A model generated the notes under the pieces. That model did not search any database, was not told the DNA's origin, and saw nothing but the letters and a program-made list of their open reading frames with translations. DNA of 63,979 bases, filler included, from an uncultured bacterium (GTDB lineage Bacteria; CAYJOG01), in NCBI GenBank assembly GCA_964371695.1. It is 6 parts of 6 records of this genome, joined end to end, with 100 filler letters (N's around TTAATTAATTAA, not from the genome) between each part and the next. Parts side by side here need not be neighbours in the genome. Positions count along the whole stretch, not along the records: positions 22,612 to 33,762 come from CAYJOG010000051.1; positions 33,863 to 44,963 come from CAYJOG010000052.1; 4 more parts are not named here. One strand, given 5' to 3'. Shown here in pieces: positions 30,537 through 41,182 of this stretch. The first letter of the stretch is position 1; every line of letters starts with the position of its first letter. The position numbers and the translations under genes are program-made.

Positions 30537-31955
30537 TCAATGGCTGAACAGGATGTTGCCCATGAGGATTTTCACGCCCAGTGTCACGCGGCGGAACTCG
30601 CGGTGAGGATATTTCAGCAGCCAGCGCAGGCGTTGCAGCACATAGCGGGGCCGCAGATAGAAGTTCTTGTAGGCCTGTTTCATGAAGCCCGCCAGTTGTT
30701 CGTCGGTGTAATCGCCCTTGAACAATGCGCTGGGGTTGCGCACGAGATAATCGTCCCAGTTGTAGCTGGTGATGCGTGATTCCTGCTCCAACTGTTTGAA
30801 CAGAAAACTGCCCGGCAGGGGCTTGAACACGTTGAACAGCACCAGATCGGGACTCAGGCGCACGGGCACGGAAATGGACTGGGTGATTTCGTCGGGCCGC
30901 TCACCCGGCAGGCCCAGGATGATGCTGATCTGGGTTTCGATGCCCACCTTGCGGGCCAGGTTGATGGCGGCCTCCACCTGCTTCAGGTCAATGTGTTTTT
31001 TCACCACCGCCATCATGCGGTCGGTGCCCGTCTCCACGCCGTATTTGAGTTGGTAACACCCGGCTTTTTTGGCGGCCACCAGCAGTTCTTCGTCCACGCA
31101 GTCCACGCGGCTGAAGCAGTTCCACGTCACTTTCAGATCCCGCTCGCCAATCAACCGGCACATGTCCATGAACTGCTCGCGGAAGTACGTCACGTCGTCG
31201 TCGTAAAAACGAAAATCGCGCATGCCCCAGGTTTCCAGGCAGTGCTGCATTTCGCTCACCACGCTCTCGCCGCTGCGGGCGCGCACGCGCTTGAAAATGG
31301 TTTTCACGGCGCAGAAGGTGCAGGCCTCGTGGCAACCCCGGCTGGCCATGATGGCGGTGGTGGGCAGGCTGGCGAAGTTCACCGGGTTGGGCAGGTAACG
31401 CTCGTTTTTGAGCTTGTGGCGGTCAGGGAACGGCAATTCGTCCAGATCCATCAGCTCCGGCTGGCGGGGGTTCTTGAGGATCTCGCCGTCCCCGCTGCGC
31501 CGCACAATGCCCTTGATTTCTTCCAGGGAGCCTTCGCCCCGGAGGTAATACCGCAGCAACTCAGTGAGAGTGAGGTCGCTCTCGCCAAAGGCCAGCACGT
31601 CAAACTCGGCGTATTCCTCCAGCGTGCGCACCGGCAGGGCGCTGGCGTGATAACCGCCGATGAGCCGGGGCGTGCCGGGGGCCAGTTCGCGGGCCTCGCG
31701 GGCCAGCCGGGCGGCGTTGTTGAGATAAGGCGTGCTGGCGGTAAAACCGATGACGCGGGGCTGGTAATAGTCCAGAAAGGGTTTCAGGCTGCGCACCTGC
31801 TCCACGTCATAATCCACCACCGCACAGGTGAACCCCTCGCGCTCCACATAGGCCGCGAGGCTGATGATGTTCAGCGGAATTTCGTAGCAGGGAATGTAAA
31901 AGTTCTGGCCCTCCGGGCTGGAGGGCGGGCTGATGAGAAGACAGTCAATGGCCAC
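30537..31955 (-). CDS. B12-binding radical SAM protein
   Basis: SLAAY, GGYHAS, GESD, SRGCHEACTFC, YGVETG, GLPGE; GTG start. Confidence 0.9.
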   Translation of the reverse strand: MAIDCLLISPPSSPEGQNFYIPCYEIPLNIISLAAYVEREGFTCAVVDYDVEQVRSLKPFLDYYQPRVIGFTASTPYLNNAARLAREARELAPGTPRLIGGYHASALPVRTLEEYAEFDVLAFGESDLTLTELLRYYLRGEGSLEEIKGIVRRSGDGEILKNPRQPELMDLDELPFPDRHKLKNERYLPNPVNFASLPTTAIMASRGCHEACTFCAVKTIFKRVRARSGESVVSEMQHCLETWGMRDFRFYDDDVTYFREQFMDMCRLIGERDLKVTWNCFSRVDCVDEELLVAAKKAGCYQLKYGVETGTDRMMAVVKKHIDLKQVEAAINLARKVGIETQISIILGLPGERPDEITQSISVPVRLSPDLVLFNVFKPLPGSFLFKQLEQESRITSYNWDDYLVRNPSALFKGDYTDEQLAGFMKQAYKNFYLRPRYVLQRLRWLLKYPHREFRRVTLGVKILMGNILFSH

Positions 31956-31956
31956 G

Positions 31957-33378
31957 TCAGTGCCCCCCGCCTGTTTGCGGCTGCATGAACAGCCGCAGGC
32001 CGTCCACCAGGCGCATGGCCTCGCGGCGCGGATTGCGCCACAGCCACCGCAACCGCCCCAGCACATATCCCGCCCGCAGGTAATAACTGCGATAGGCAAA
32101 GCGCATCATGCGCTGCATGGACTCGGTGGTGTGCTCGCCGCGCACCACATAGGTGGGCACCTTGATGGAAAGGTCCTCCCATTTGGTCATGAGGATGTCG
32201 CCGCTCTTGCGCAATTGTTTGAACAAGATGCTGCCGGGAATGGGCTTGAAGATGTTAAAGCCGATGAGATCGGGATTCAGCCGCTGGGCAAAGCGGATGG
32301 TCTCGCGCATGTCGGCTTCGGTCTCGCCCGGCAGGCCCAGAATCACGCTCACCTGGGTTTCCACCCCCAGCTTGCGGGTCACGCGGATGGCCTCCAGGGC
32401 CTGCTCGCGGGTGATTCTTTTGTTGGTGAGCGCGAGGCCCTTGTCGGTGCCGCTCTCCAGGCCATATTTGATCTGGAAACACCCGGCGGCCTTCATGTGG
32501 CGCACCAGCTCTTCGTCCATGCAGTCCACGCGGCTGAAGCAGTTCCAGTCCACCTTCAGGTTGCGGTTCAGGATTTCGTCGCAGAAATCCATCACGAACT
32601 GGCGCGAAGTGGTGAAGGTTTCGTCATAAAAACGGAAGCCCTTGATACCCAGGTCTTTCACGCAGTGTTCCACTTCGTCGGCCACGCGGGTGGGGCTGTG
32701 GCGGCGTTCTTTCTTCCACATGTTTTTGGCGCAGAAGGTGCAGGTGAAGGCGCAACCCCGGCTGGTGACGATGCCCGTGGTGCGGCTGTTGTCCAGGTGG
32801 TTCACGCTGTTGGCCACATAGCGGTCAAAGGGCAGTTTGTGGCGGGCGGGCAGGGGCAGGGTGTCCAGGTCGGGCACTTCGCGCTGGTGGGGGGCCAGCA
32901 CAATGCTGCCGTCTGGCGCACGGCTGGCCGTGCCCTGCAGGTGGGTGGTGGTATTGCCCCCCAGCACGGCCTGCACCACGGCGTGAAAGGTCAACTCGCC
33001 TTCGCCCGCCACGGCGGTGTCAAAAGAGGCGAACTCCTCCAGCGTTTCCACCGGCAGGCTGCTGACGTGATAGGCCCCGATGACGGTGTGAATGGCAGGG
33101 TCCACCGCCTTGACGCGGGCGGCCTGACGGGCGGCTTCTTCGATATAGGCGCTGAAGCTGGCAAAGCCCACCACGCGATAGTTTTTGCCCGCCAGGGCGT
33201 CTTCGATGCGAAAACCGGGGCCGTGCAGGTTCATGTCCAGCAGGTCCACGCCAATGCCCTCGCGCTCCAGATAGGCCGCGAGATAACAGATGCCCAGGGG
33301 CACCTCGAAATTGGGAATGTAGTAATTCCCGGTGGTGAGGTGCGAGGGCGGAAAAACGCAGAGAACTTCGTTTGGCAA
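31957..33378 (-). CDS. B12-binding radical SAM protein (paralog)
   Basis: PLGICYLAAY, GAYHVS, GEGE, SRGCAFTCTFC, GLESG, GLPGET; start (TTG) approximate. Confidence 0.88.
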   Translation of the reverse strand: MPNEVLCVFPPSHLTTGNYYIPNFEVPLGICYLAAYLEREGIGVDLLDMNLHGPGFRIEDALAGKNYRVVGFASFSAYIEEAARQAARVKAVDPAIHTVIGAYHVSSLPVETLEEFASFDTAVAGEGELTFHAVVQAVLGGNTTTHLQGTASRAPDGSIVLAPHQREVPDLDTLPLPARHKLPFDRYVANSVNHLDNSRTTGIVTSRGCAFTCTFCAKNMWKKERRHSPTRVADEVEHCVKDLGIKGFRFYDETFTTSRQFVMDFCDEILNRNLKVDWNCFSRVDCMDEELVRHMKAAGCFQIKYGLESGTDKGLALTNKRITREQALEAIRVTRKLGVETQVSVILGLPGETEADMRETIRFAQRLNPDLIGFNIFKPIPGSILFKQLRKSGDILMTKWEDLSIKVPTYVVRGEHTTESMQRMMRFAYRSYYLRAGYVLGRLRWLWRNPRREAMRLVDGLRLFMQPQTGGGH

Positions 33379-33469
33379 GGATTTCAGTGTAAAGGCCCGC
33401 CCGGCAGCGGCCAATTTTTTGAGGTTTTTGGGGAGATTCGGGAGTTTTCGGGCGGGGCCAGCTTCCGGC

Positions 33470-33762
33470 TCACATTCTGAACAAACCAAACCGGCCCATG
33501 CCGCCCGGCTCGCGCAGGGCCGTTTCCAGCGCCAGCGCCAGCACCTGACGGGTGTCCGTGGGGGCAATCACGCCGTCGTCCCACAGGCGGCTGGTGGCAT
33601 ACCAGGGCAGGCCCTCGCGCTCGAACTGTTCGCGCACGGGGCGGGTGATTTTTTCTTCTTCTTCGGGCGAAAGGGTTTTGCCCGCCGCCGCGAGTTGCTC
33701 GCGCTTGACCTGCGCGAGCACCCCCGCCGCCTGCTCGCCGCCCATCACGCTGATGCGTGCGT
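33470..33762 (-). CDS. Acyl-CoA carboxylase carboxyltransferase (methylcrotonyl-CoA carboxylase beta-like), 3' fragment
   Basis: [23 protein letters not shown], terminal FGLFRM. Confidence 0.88.
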
Positions 33763-33862
33763 NNNNNNNNNNNNNNNNNNNNNNNNNNNNNNNNNNNNNN
33801 NNNNNNTTAATTAATTAANNNNNNNNNNNNNNNNNNNNNNNNNNNNNNNNNNNNNNNNNNNN

Positions 33863-34205
33863 CATGGGGGCCAGCGAGGCCGATTTTCAGCACGGGCCCA
33901 TCCGCCTGCTGAACCGGGGGTATCCGGCGTTTGTTTTCGCCACCGATGGCCCCACTGAAGCCAGCACCCAGGCCTTGCTGGAAAAGGCCGGGCCTACGGG
34001 TTCGGGCCTGTTTCTGTGGACCGATCACCGCCCCTGGCTGAAGGGGGGCCGCGAGGGTTTTTATGTGAAACGCGCCGCGCCCCCCGCCCTGGGGCCTCTG
34101 GTGATGACCCCCTGCTGGCAGTGGTTTACGGCTTCGCTGGCGCTGGAAAAGGGTCTGAACCCCGACGCACCACCGCACCTGAACAAAATCACGCGGACGA
34201 CATAG
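33863..34205 (+). CDS. SIS-domain protein (GlmS-like), 3' fragment
   Basis: DFQHGPI, KGLNPDAPPHLNKIT. Confidence 0.8.
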
Positions 34206-34343
34206 AACCTGGTTTTTCAGGGTATTGCCCAACACCCTGCCAATGCCTTCAACCCGGCGAAATGCAATTCCTCCATTTTTTTGCAGCCACCGCTTCTGGT
34301 TTTACACTTGCCGTTCACCCTCAAGGCCCCAGGAGGTCTGTGC

Positions 34344-35663
34344 ATGAAGCGCGTCATCCTTCCGTTTCCCCCTGCTGGTTTTAAACCTGCCGCCCTGGCG
34401 CTGCTGCTGGTGCTGGTCGCGCCCGCTGCCCGCGCCGATGTGCAGATTGACAAGGGCGGCAAACACAAGCTCTCGATTCTGCTGGATGCCCGCGTGGGGG
34501 TGAGCGACGCCGAGGCGTCTCACCGCGACCGGGGCGTGGGCCTGCTGCGCCTGGGGGGCAAAGACACCGACACCGACGGCCTGGGCGAAAAAGCGCGCTT
34601 GAGTGGTTATCTGGGCCAGCTTGGGTTGCAGTTCACCGGGCGAATGGGGCCGTATACCTCTTATATGGTGGAACTGAACAGCCAGTTGGACGGCCACGAG
34701 CGCACTGGCCTGAGTGTGCCAGAGGCGTTCATCAGCCACGAGGCGCGCTGGCACACGGCGGCGCTGCGCTTCAGGGCCGGTTTTCTGATTCCGCCGGTGA
34801 GCCTGGAGCACCCCGGCCGGGCCTGGAGCACTTTTTTCACCCTCACCCCCAGCGCCATCAACAGTTGGATTGGTGAAGAAATCCGGGGCACGGGTTTTGA
34901 GGGGCGCTACAGCCTGCGGCTGGCCCAGAAGAAGCGCCTGTCCGTCACCCTGGGCACGTTCATGGGCAACGACACGGCGGGACAACTGCTGAGCTGGCGC
35001 GGATGGGCCATGCACGACCGTCAGGCGGGTTATGGCGACCGCACCCGCTTCCGGGGCAACCGCTTTCTCACCAGCCCGCAGTTTTTCGGTTTCACCAATC
35101 CCTATGCCCGGCCCTTTCTGGAGATGGATGAAAACTGGGGGATGTATGGCAGTGTGAACCTGGAAACGACGCGCACACGGTTCAGTTATCTGGCCTGGGA
35201 CAACCGGGCCGACCGCACCGAGCGGGAAAAAAGCAAACTCTTTGGCTGGGACACGCAGTTTCAGGCGGTGGGCTGGCGCTATGAACCCGTGGACCGCCGC
35301 TTCATGGTGCAGGGCCAGTGGATGCGCGGCAGCAACCGCATGGGCGGCGGACACCCCGCACGGGTAGAGAACGACTACAACGCGTGGTATGTCCTGTTCA
35401 GCAAACCCTCGCGCTTTGCCCGCTTCACGTTGCGATACGACGATTTCTGGGTGAAAGACCACGACATTTACCGCACCTTTGACCCCAACGGCCAGGATGG
35501 CCGCGCCGTGACGTTTGCCGTGGTGAAGTCCCTGAACAAACAGTCGGACCTGGTGGGTGAAGTGGTGAACATGGTCTCGAACCGCCCCGGCAACGCCCTG
35601 CTGGGGGCGGACACGCACCTGGAACAGACCCAGTGGCAACTGGCCTGGCGGTTTTACCGCTGA
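34344..35663 (+). CDS. Outer-membrane porin-like beta-barrel protein
   Basis: AGGAGG RBS, signal peptide, SAINSWIGEEIR and GWAMHDRQ motifs, aromatic C-terminus QLAWRFYR. Confidence 0.7.
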   Translation: MKRVILPFPPAGFKPAALALLLVLVAPAARADVQIDKGGKHKLSILLDARVGVSDAEASHRDRGVGLLRLGGKDTDTDGLGEKARLSGYLGQLGLQFTGRMGPYTSYMVELNSQLDGHERTGLSVPEAFISHEARWHTAALRFRAGFLIPPVSLEHPGRAWSTFFTLTPSAINSWIGEEIRGTGFEGRYSLRLAQKKRLSVTLGTFMGNDTAGQLLSWRGWAMHDRQAGYGDRTRFRGNRFLTSPQFFGFTNPYARPFLEMDENWGMYGSVNLETTRTRFSYLAWDNRADRTEREKSKLFGWDTQFQAVGWRYEPVDRRFMVQGQWMRGSNRMGGGHPARVENDYNAWYVLFSKPSRFARFTLRYDDFWVKDHDIYRTFDPNGQDGRAVTFAVVKSLNKQSDLVGEVVNMVSNRPGNALLGADTHLEQTQWQLAWRFYR

Positions 35664-35682
35664 GCGGTGAGGAGCGCAACCG

Positions 35683-36213
35683 ATGAAACAGGAAAAATTT
35701 TACGGATTGTTTTTGGGATGCCTGACGCTGGGCTTTTTGCTGGCAGGCCTGGGTTGTGGCGGGAGCAGCCCCCAAAGCCCCCAGGCCACCACCTCGCCCG
35801 TGGCCGTGGCGGGCAACTGGGCCTATGCCCGCACACAAACGGCGGCCAGTCACGCCCAGTGCGGCGCGGTGGGCGACACGCTTTCTGAAAGCTGGTTCAT
35901 CACCCAGGCCGCAGGCAGCGCGGCCTTTGCCGTGAGCGCCAGCGTAAACGTGGGGGGCGAACAACGCACCTACGCCGCCACACAGCTCAACAACGGGTCT
36001 TTCTCGGCGGGCGAAGAAAAGATCACCTCCATCGCCGGGCGGTGTTTTGTGGCGCGCACCACGGTACTTGTCGGAACCTTCAACGCTGCGGCCAACGCCG
36101 CCACGGGCACGGCCACTGTCACGCTGAAATCAGACCCGCCTGAAATCTGCGAACCCCTGGGCCAGCCCGCCACCTGCACAGGGGGTTACAGCTTCACATT
36201 GCAGAAGCAATAA
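35683..36213 (+). CDS. Hypothetical lipoprotein
   Basis: GAGGAG RBS, lipobox ending GLG-C, four further Cys. Confidence 0.65.
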   Translation: MKQEKFYGLFLGCLTLGFLLAGLGCGGSSPQSPQATTSPVAVAGNWAYARTQTAASHAQCGAVGDTLSESWFITQAAGSAAFAVSASVNVGGEQRTYAATQLNNGSFSAGEEKITSIAGRCFVARTTVLVGTFNAAANAATGTATVTLKSDPPEICEPLGQPATCTGGYSFTLQKQ

Positions 36214-36229
36214 AGGGGGGCGTTCAGAA

Positions 36230-37309
36230 TCACCTGAGCGCGCTGAGCACCGAAGCCGACATTTTTTCAATCGGCATCACGGCGTCCACCGCGTCCAGTT
36301 CCACTGCCGCCTTGGGCATGCCAAAAACCACACAGGAGTTTTCATCCTGGGCAAAGGTGCGCGCCCCGGCGCGACGCATGGCCAGCAGGCCCCGTGCGCC
36401 GTCTTGTCCCATGCCGGTGAGAATCACCCCCACCGCGTTGGCCCCGGCGTAATCCGCCACACTCTGGAACAGCACGTCCACGCTGGGGCGCTGATAAAAA
36501 ACCGGCGCGCCCTGGTGCAGCTTCACCAGATACAACGCGCCGTGGCGACGCAGTTCCATGTGAAAGCTGCCCGGCGCCAGCAACACCTGGCCGGGGACGA
36601 GCGCGTCGCCGTCCTTGGCCTCGCGCACATCGGGGGCACAGAGTTCGTTCAGCCGCTTGGCAAAAGCGGTGGTGAACTGGGCAGGCATGTGTTGCACCAC
36701 CAGCGTGGGTGGGCAGGAAGCGGGGAACCCCCGCAGCAACAGGCTGATGGCTTCGGTGCCACCGGTGGAGGCTCCCACCGCCAGAATCTGTCGCGTGGTG
36801 CGAATCAGCGCCTTGCTGCGCATGGGCGGCAGGGGCTGGGCGTTGCGGTGGGCCAGCAGTTTTTTTACGTCCACCCACCGGGCCATCTGTATTTTTTCCG
36901 CCAAGTCACGGGCCATGTCTCCCACCGCATAGGCCGCGCCGGGTTTGCCCACAAAATCCACCGCTCCCCGGCTCAGCGCGTCCAGCGCCACCTCGCTGCC
37001 TTTTTGCCCCAGCGAGCTGACCACAATGACCGGCATGGGGTGGCGGGCCATCAGGCGGTCCAGAAAAGTCAGGCCGTCCATGCGCGGCATTTCAATGTCC
37101 AGCGTGAGCACGTCCGGGTTTTCATGCACAATCATGTCGCGGGCGGCGTAGGGGTCTGGTGCTGCGCCGATCACCTCAATGCCCGGCTGTTTGGAAAGCT
37201 CCTGGGTGAGCACCCGGCGCACCGTGGCGCTGTCGTCCACAATCAGCACACGCACCGGCGCCGAGACAATCTTGGGCCGGGTTGAAACAGGTGGAGGGGC
37301 TGTTGGCAT
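36230..37309 (-). CDS. cheB: Chemotaxis methylesterase
   Basis: REC domain (LDIEMPRMDG) plus GASTGG, QHMP and GMGQDG. Confidence 0.97.
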   Translation of the reverse strand: MPTAPPPVSTRPKIVSAPVRVLIVDDSATVRRVLTQELSKQPGIEVIGAAPDPYAARDMIVHENPDVLTLDIEMPRMDGLTFLDRLMARHPMPVIVVSSLGQKGSEVALDALSRGAVDFVGKPGAAYAVGDMARDLAEKIQMARWVDVKKLLAHRNAQPLPPMRSKALIRTTRQILAVGASTGGTEAISLLLRGFPASCPPTLVVQHMPAQFTTAFAKRLNELCAPDVREAKDGDALVPGQVLLAPGSFHMELRRHGALYLVKLHQGAPVFYQRPSVDVLFQSVADYAGANAVGVILTGMGQDGARGLLAMRRAGARTFAQDENSCVVFGMPKAAVELDAVDAVMPIEKMSASVLSALR

Positions 37310-37453
37310 GGGGTGCTCAGGAAGGGGTTGGAGCGGTTTCAGGAATGGCAGGGCAGGAAGGCGGGAGGGTTTTTCACCTCTCCCCTTGAGGGAGAGGGGG
37401 CGGCATTCCCGGCATCCGCCTTGGATTTGTGTCTCGTCGTTTCCAAATACAAA

Positions 37454-38332
37454 CTAATTCCCTGCCCTTTGATAGACGCTGGGCTGAATGTAACGCAGGG
37501 GGTGGCGGATGCGCGTGAGGCTTTCGGAATGTCCCACCACCAGAATGCCGCCGGGGTGCAGGGCATCGTGAAAGCGCTGCACCAGTTCCTCTTGCGTGGG
37601 CACGTCAAAATAAATCATTACGTTGCGGCAAAAGATGAGGTCGAACCGCCCCTGCATGGGCCACGGCCCGGCGAGGTTGAGCGGGCGAAAGCGCACCAGC
37701 CGCCGGGGGAGTTCGTTCACCCGGTAACCCAGTTCCTTGCCCTGCCTGCCGCTGCTGAAATAGGCCGCCCGCCAGTGGGGGGGCACCTCGCGCAGGGCAG
37801 TGGCGGGGTAGACCCCGGTGCGGGCTTTTTCCAGCATTCGGGCCGAAATGTCGGTGGCCAGGATGAGGGTGTCGGTGAGTTTTTCCGGCAGCATGTTCTC
37901 CATCATCAGCATGGCCAGGGAATAGGCCTCTTCGCCCGATGAACACCCGGCGCTCCACACCCGAAGGCGGTTTTTCTTTTCGCCCAGCCAGCGGGGGATG
38001 AGCGTGTCCCGCAGATACTGGAAGTGCGGGGCCTCTCGCAAAAAAAACGTGAGGTTGGTGGTGAGCAGGTCCACCATGATCTTCAGCTCTTCGCCGCTCA
38101 GGTCGGTTTGCAGATAATGCAGGTAATCCTCATAAGACCGCATGCCCAGATCGCGCAGGCGTTTGCCCAGGCGCGCATGCACCATCTCCCGTTTGCCATC
38201 GCCCAGGTGAATGCGGCACTGGGTGTGCAGACGCTTGGCTATCCACGCGAAATCCTCGTCGCTGAGGGGCTGACGATCAAACCAGCTTTTGGGCAGTTCG
38301 TTGCCGCCGGGAAGGGGTAAGGATTCGGTCAT
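37454..38332 (-). CDS. cheR: Chemotaxis methyltransferase
   Basis: TTNLTFFLRE, WSAGCSSGEE, IFCRNVMIYF, GHSES. Confidence 0.97.
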   Translation of the reverse strand: MTESLPLPGGNELPKSWFDRQPLSDEDFAWIAKRLHTQCRIHLGDGKREMVHARLGKRLRDLGMRSYEDYLHYLQTDLSGEELKIMVDLLTTNLTFFLREAPHFQYLRDTLIPRWLGEKKNRLRVWSAGCSSGEEAYSLAMLMMENMLPEKLTDTLILATDISARMLEKARTGVYPATALREVPPHWRAAYFSSGRQGKELGYRVNELPRRLVRFRPLNLAGPWPMQGRFDLIFCRNVMIYFDVPTQEELVQRFHDALHPGGILVVGHSESLTRIRHPLRYIQPSVYQRAGN

Positions 38333-38340
38333 GGAAATCC

Positions 38341-38601
38341 TACCGATTCCAATTCAAAACTGCATGAATTGGAATCTTTATATTGGCCTTGCCATTCGTC
38401 GTGAATGGCTGCGGCCCGGCGCGGCGCAGGCAAAGCCCGCTTGCGCCGCGAACACCTGCGGCGCTGATTGCGCCTCGGTGTTCGAGTCGAATTCATCCAT
38501 GAATTCATACCAATTCTTGTCCTCTCTTTGGTTTGTTCCTCTTGGGCTGACTAACCATGCTTGGTCTGGTTCCAAGCAATCTCGATTTAGAATTGGTATC
38601 A
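38341..38601 (-). repeat. Five-hairpin repeat element inside the chemotaxis operon
   Basis: Starts at the MCP stop codon with an ATACCAATTC..GAATTGGTAT arm; CATGGATG loop; CGAACACC..GGTGTTCG; GCGGGCTTTGCCTGC; GCCATTC-ACGAC-GAATGGC. Confidence 0.88.
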
Positions 38602-40666
38602 AAACTCGTTAAAGCTCTCCTCACCGTCGAGTGGGAAAACCGCTTTGGGGTTTTTGCCGCTGGGGTGGGTGGTGGCGATGGCCTTGCCGGAATGCCCGCG
38701 CCGAGCTTTGCCGTGGGGCAGTGCAGCGGGGTTGTTCACACGGGCCTGCTGCACGTTGGGTGCATTGCTCCCGCCGCTTCCGCCATAGGTGTGGCCGTTA
38801 CTGTTATAAGTGTGGGCATAGGCAAGGCTGCGGCCTTGTGCGGGGGCTTGCCCCCCTGCGCCGCCCACCACATGCACCAAATCTTCCACCATGCTGTTCA
38901 CGGCGCTGGCCTGGGCCGACATTTCACTGGCGGCGGCGGCGCTTTCTTCAGCGCTGGAAGACGACTGCTGGGTCACTTTGTCCATCTGCCCCATGGCGAT
39001 GTTGATCTGGTCAATGCCCTGGGCCTGCTCCTTGCTGGCGGCGGCAATCTCGGCCACAAGTTCCGACACCTTGCCGGAACCCTGGGTGATTGCCCCCAGC
39101 GCCTGCACCAGTTCACCGGCGATTTTTTCACCCTGGTTGGTGTTGTTCACCGAGCCTTCGATGAGGTCGGCGGTGGTGCGGGCGGCGTCGCCTGCGCGCT
39201 GGGCCAGGTTGCGCACTTCTTCGGCCACCACGGCAAAGCCCTTGCCCGCCTCGCCTGCGCGGGCGGCCTCCACCGCAGCGTTCAGGGCCAGCAGATTGGT
39301 CTGAAAAGCGATTTCGTCAATGGTCTTGATGATCTTGCTGGTTTGTTCGGAAGAGGTGCAGATTTTCGCCATGGCCTCGATCATCCGCTGGGTGGCGTCG
39401 TTGCCGCCCCGTGCGGCTTCCAGCGCCTGTTTGGCCAGGGCGTTGGCTTCTTCGGCGTTGCCCGCGTTCTGGCGAGTCATGGAGGCGATCTGTTCCAGCG
39501 AGGCACTGGTTTCTTCCAGCGAGGCCGCCTGTTCGCTGGCCCCTTCTGCGAGTTGCTGGCTGGCGGTGGACACCTGACCCGAGGCGGCCATCACCTGGGT
39601 GGCCCCTTCGCTGAGGCCCTCGATCACGCGGCTGATGGGGCGAGAAATGGAGCCGGAAATGAAGCGCGCCAGAAGAATGATCAGCACGGAACAGACAAGC
39701 ACAATGCCCATGACCACCATGGTGAGCTGCTTCACCAGGGCCATGGCCTCAACGGTGTCTTCTTTCACAATGCTGGCCCAGGTGGTGTCATAGACCTGCA
39801 CGGGGTGATAGGCCCCGATGGTTTCCTTGCCCCGGTAGTCGGTGAAAAACAGCGTGCCGGAATTGCCCGCCAGAGCGGCGCGGGAGGCCACCGAGTCCAC
39901 CTTGCCTTTTTCGGGATTTTTGAACGAAGCGGCCACACTGTGGTGGGTGGGGTCCAGGCGCGAGTCGGCGCGCATCAGTTTGTCGGCTCCCACCAGAATG
40001 GTCTCGCCGGTTTCGCTGTTGGCATTGGTGTTGATGAGGTTGTTGATGAGGCCCACCGGCAGTTGAATCATCACCACGCCAAGGGTTTCGCCCCCCTCCT
40101 TGACGGGCGCCGGCCACAAACGAAGCGGGGTCTCCGTTTGAAGGCGCATAGGGCATGAAATCCCCAAAACCAAAGTCACCGTCCATGGCTTTTTCCACCG
40201 CCACACCCGCCGAGGTGTTGCGCAGCGTTCCCCGCAACAGGTTCTGCCCCAGGTCGCTTTCCCGCTCGTTGGTATACACCACGTCGCCACCCGCATTGAT
40301 CAGGAAAAGGTCGTAATAACTGTAATTTTTCTGAAAGGCGTTGAGCCATCCGCTGTGTTTTTTCTCGGCCACGCGCCAAGCGTGGCCCGTGGGGCCGCCC
40401 CCGGCAGCAAAGGCGGTGGTGAACTCCCTGAGCGCCTCTTTGGTGGCCGGGTTGCCCGCCAGTGTGGTGATGTCCACCTTGCGGAACTTGAAGTATTGCT
40501 CCAGACGCGCCGCCTGAGCCGTGCTGGCCCCCTCCATCTGGTGATAGACCTCCGTTCTGATGTTGTCCGTGGCCATTTTGAAGGTGACCAGGCCAATGGT
40601 GAGCGCCGGGCCAAGGCCCACCAGCAAAAAGAAAAGGATAAGTCGTGTGTTCAGGTGCAGTCGCAT
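38599..40666 (-). pseudogene. Methyl-accepting chemotaxis protein (dCache sensor), frameshifted near 40111
   Basis: The N-half (TM plus dCache, ..DPASFVA) and C-half ([32 protein letters not shown]) are in different frames; removing one base at GTG GCC G GCG restores the frame. Confidence 0.8.
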
Positions 40667-40669
40667 GGG

Positions 40670-41182
40670 TTATGCCTCCTTCGCCGTTTCGGCGTGTTCG
40701 TGTGCCAGGGGTGACAGGGCGAGTTGTTCACCCGCGCTGAGCACCCGTTCAATGTCCAGAAGAATGATGACCTTGCCCTTGATCTTGCCCATGGCCCGGA
40801 TGAACTCGGTGCTGATGTTGGCGCCAAAGGTGGGGGTGTCCTCTACGTCGGCGGCGGCCACGTCCACCACTTCGTTCACCATGTCCACCACCATGCCCAT
40901 CAAAAAGGTGTGCAGGTCCACCACGATGATGCAGGTGAGCTTGGTGTCTTCGGCATGTTCAAACCCGAACTTCAGCCGCAGGTCCACCACGGGAATCACC
41001 TTGCCCCGCAGATTGATGACGCCCCGCACAAAATCCGGCATGCGCGGCACACGGGTGATTTCCATCAGGCCGATGATTTCGCGCACCATGAGCACAGGCA
41101 CGCCATAGGTTTCGTGCCCCAGTGTGAAGGTGAGATGTTTGCCCCCCACGGCAGTGGCCTGGGGGGTGGTTTCAGCAGGCAT
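40670..41182 (-). CDS. cheW: Chemotaxis coupling protein
   Basis: YGVPVLMVREI, VRGVINLRGKVIPVVDLR. Confidence 0.96.
   Translation of the reverse strand: MPAETTPQATAVGGKHLTFTLGHETYGVPVLMVREIIGLMEITRVPRMPDFVRGVINLRGKVIPVVDLRLKFGFEHAEDTKLTCIIVVDLHTFLMGMVVDMVNEVVDVAAADVEDTPTFGANISTEFIRAMGKIKGKVIILLDIERVLSAGEQLALSPLAHEHAETAKEA

Noticed and set aside
40095-40125. Programmed ribosomal frameshift in the MCP
   Set aside because: No slippery heptamer or homopolymer at the switch point.
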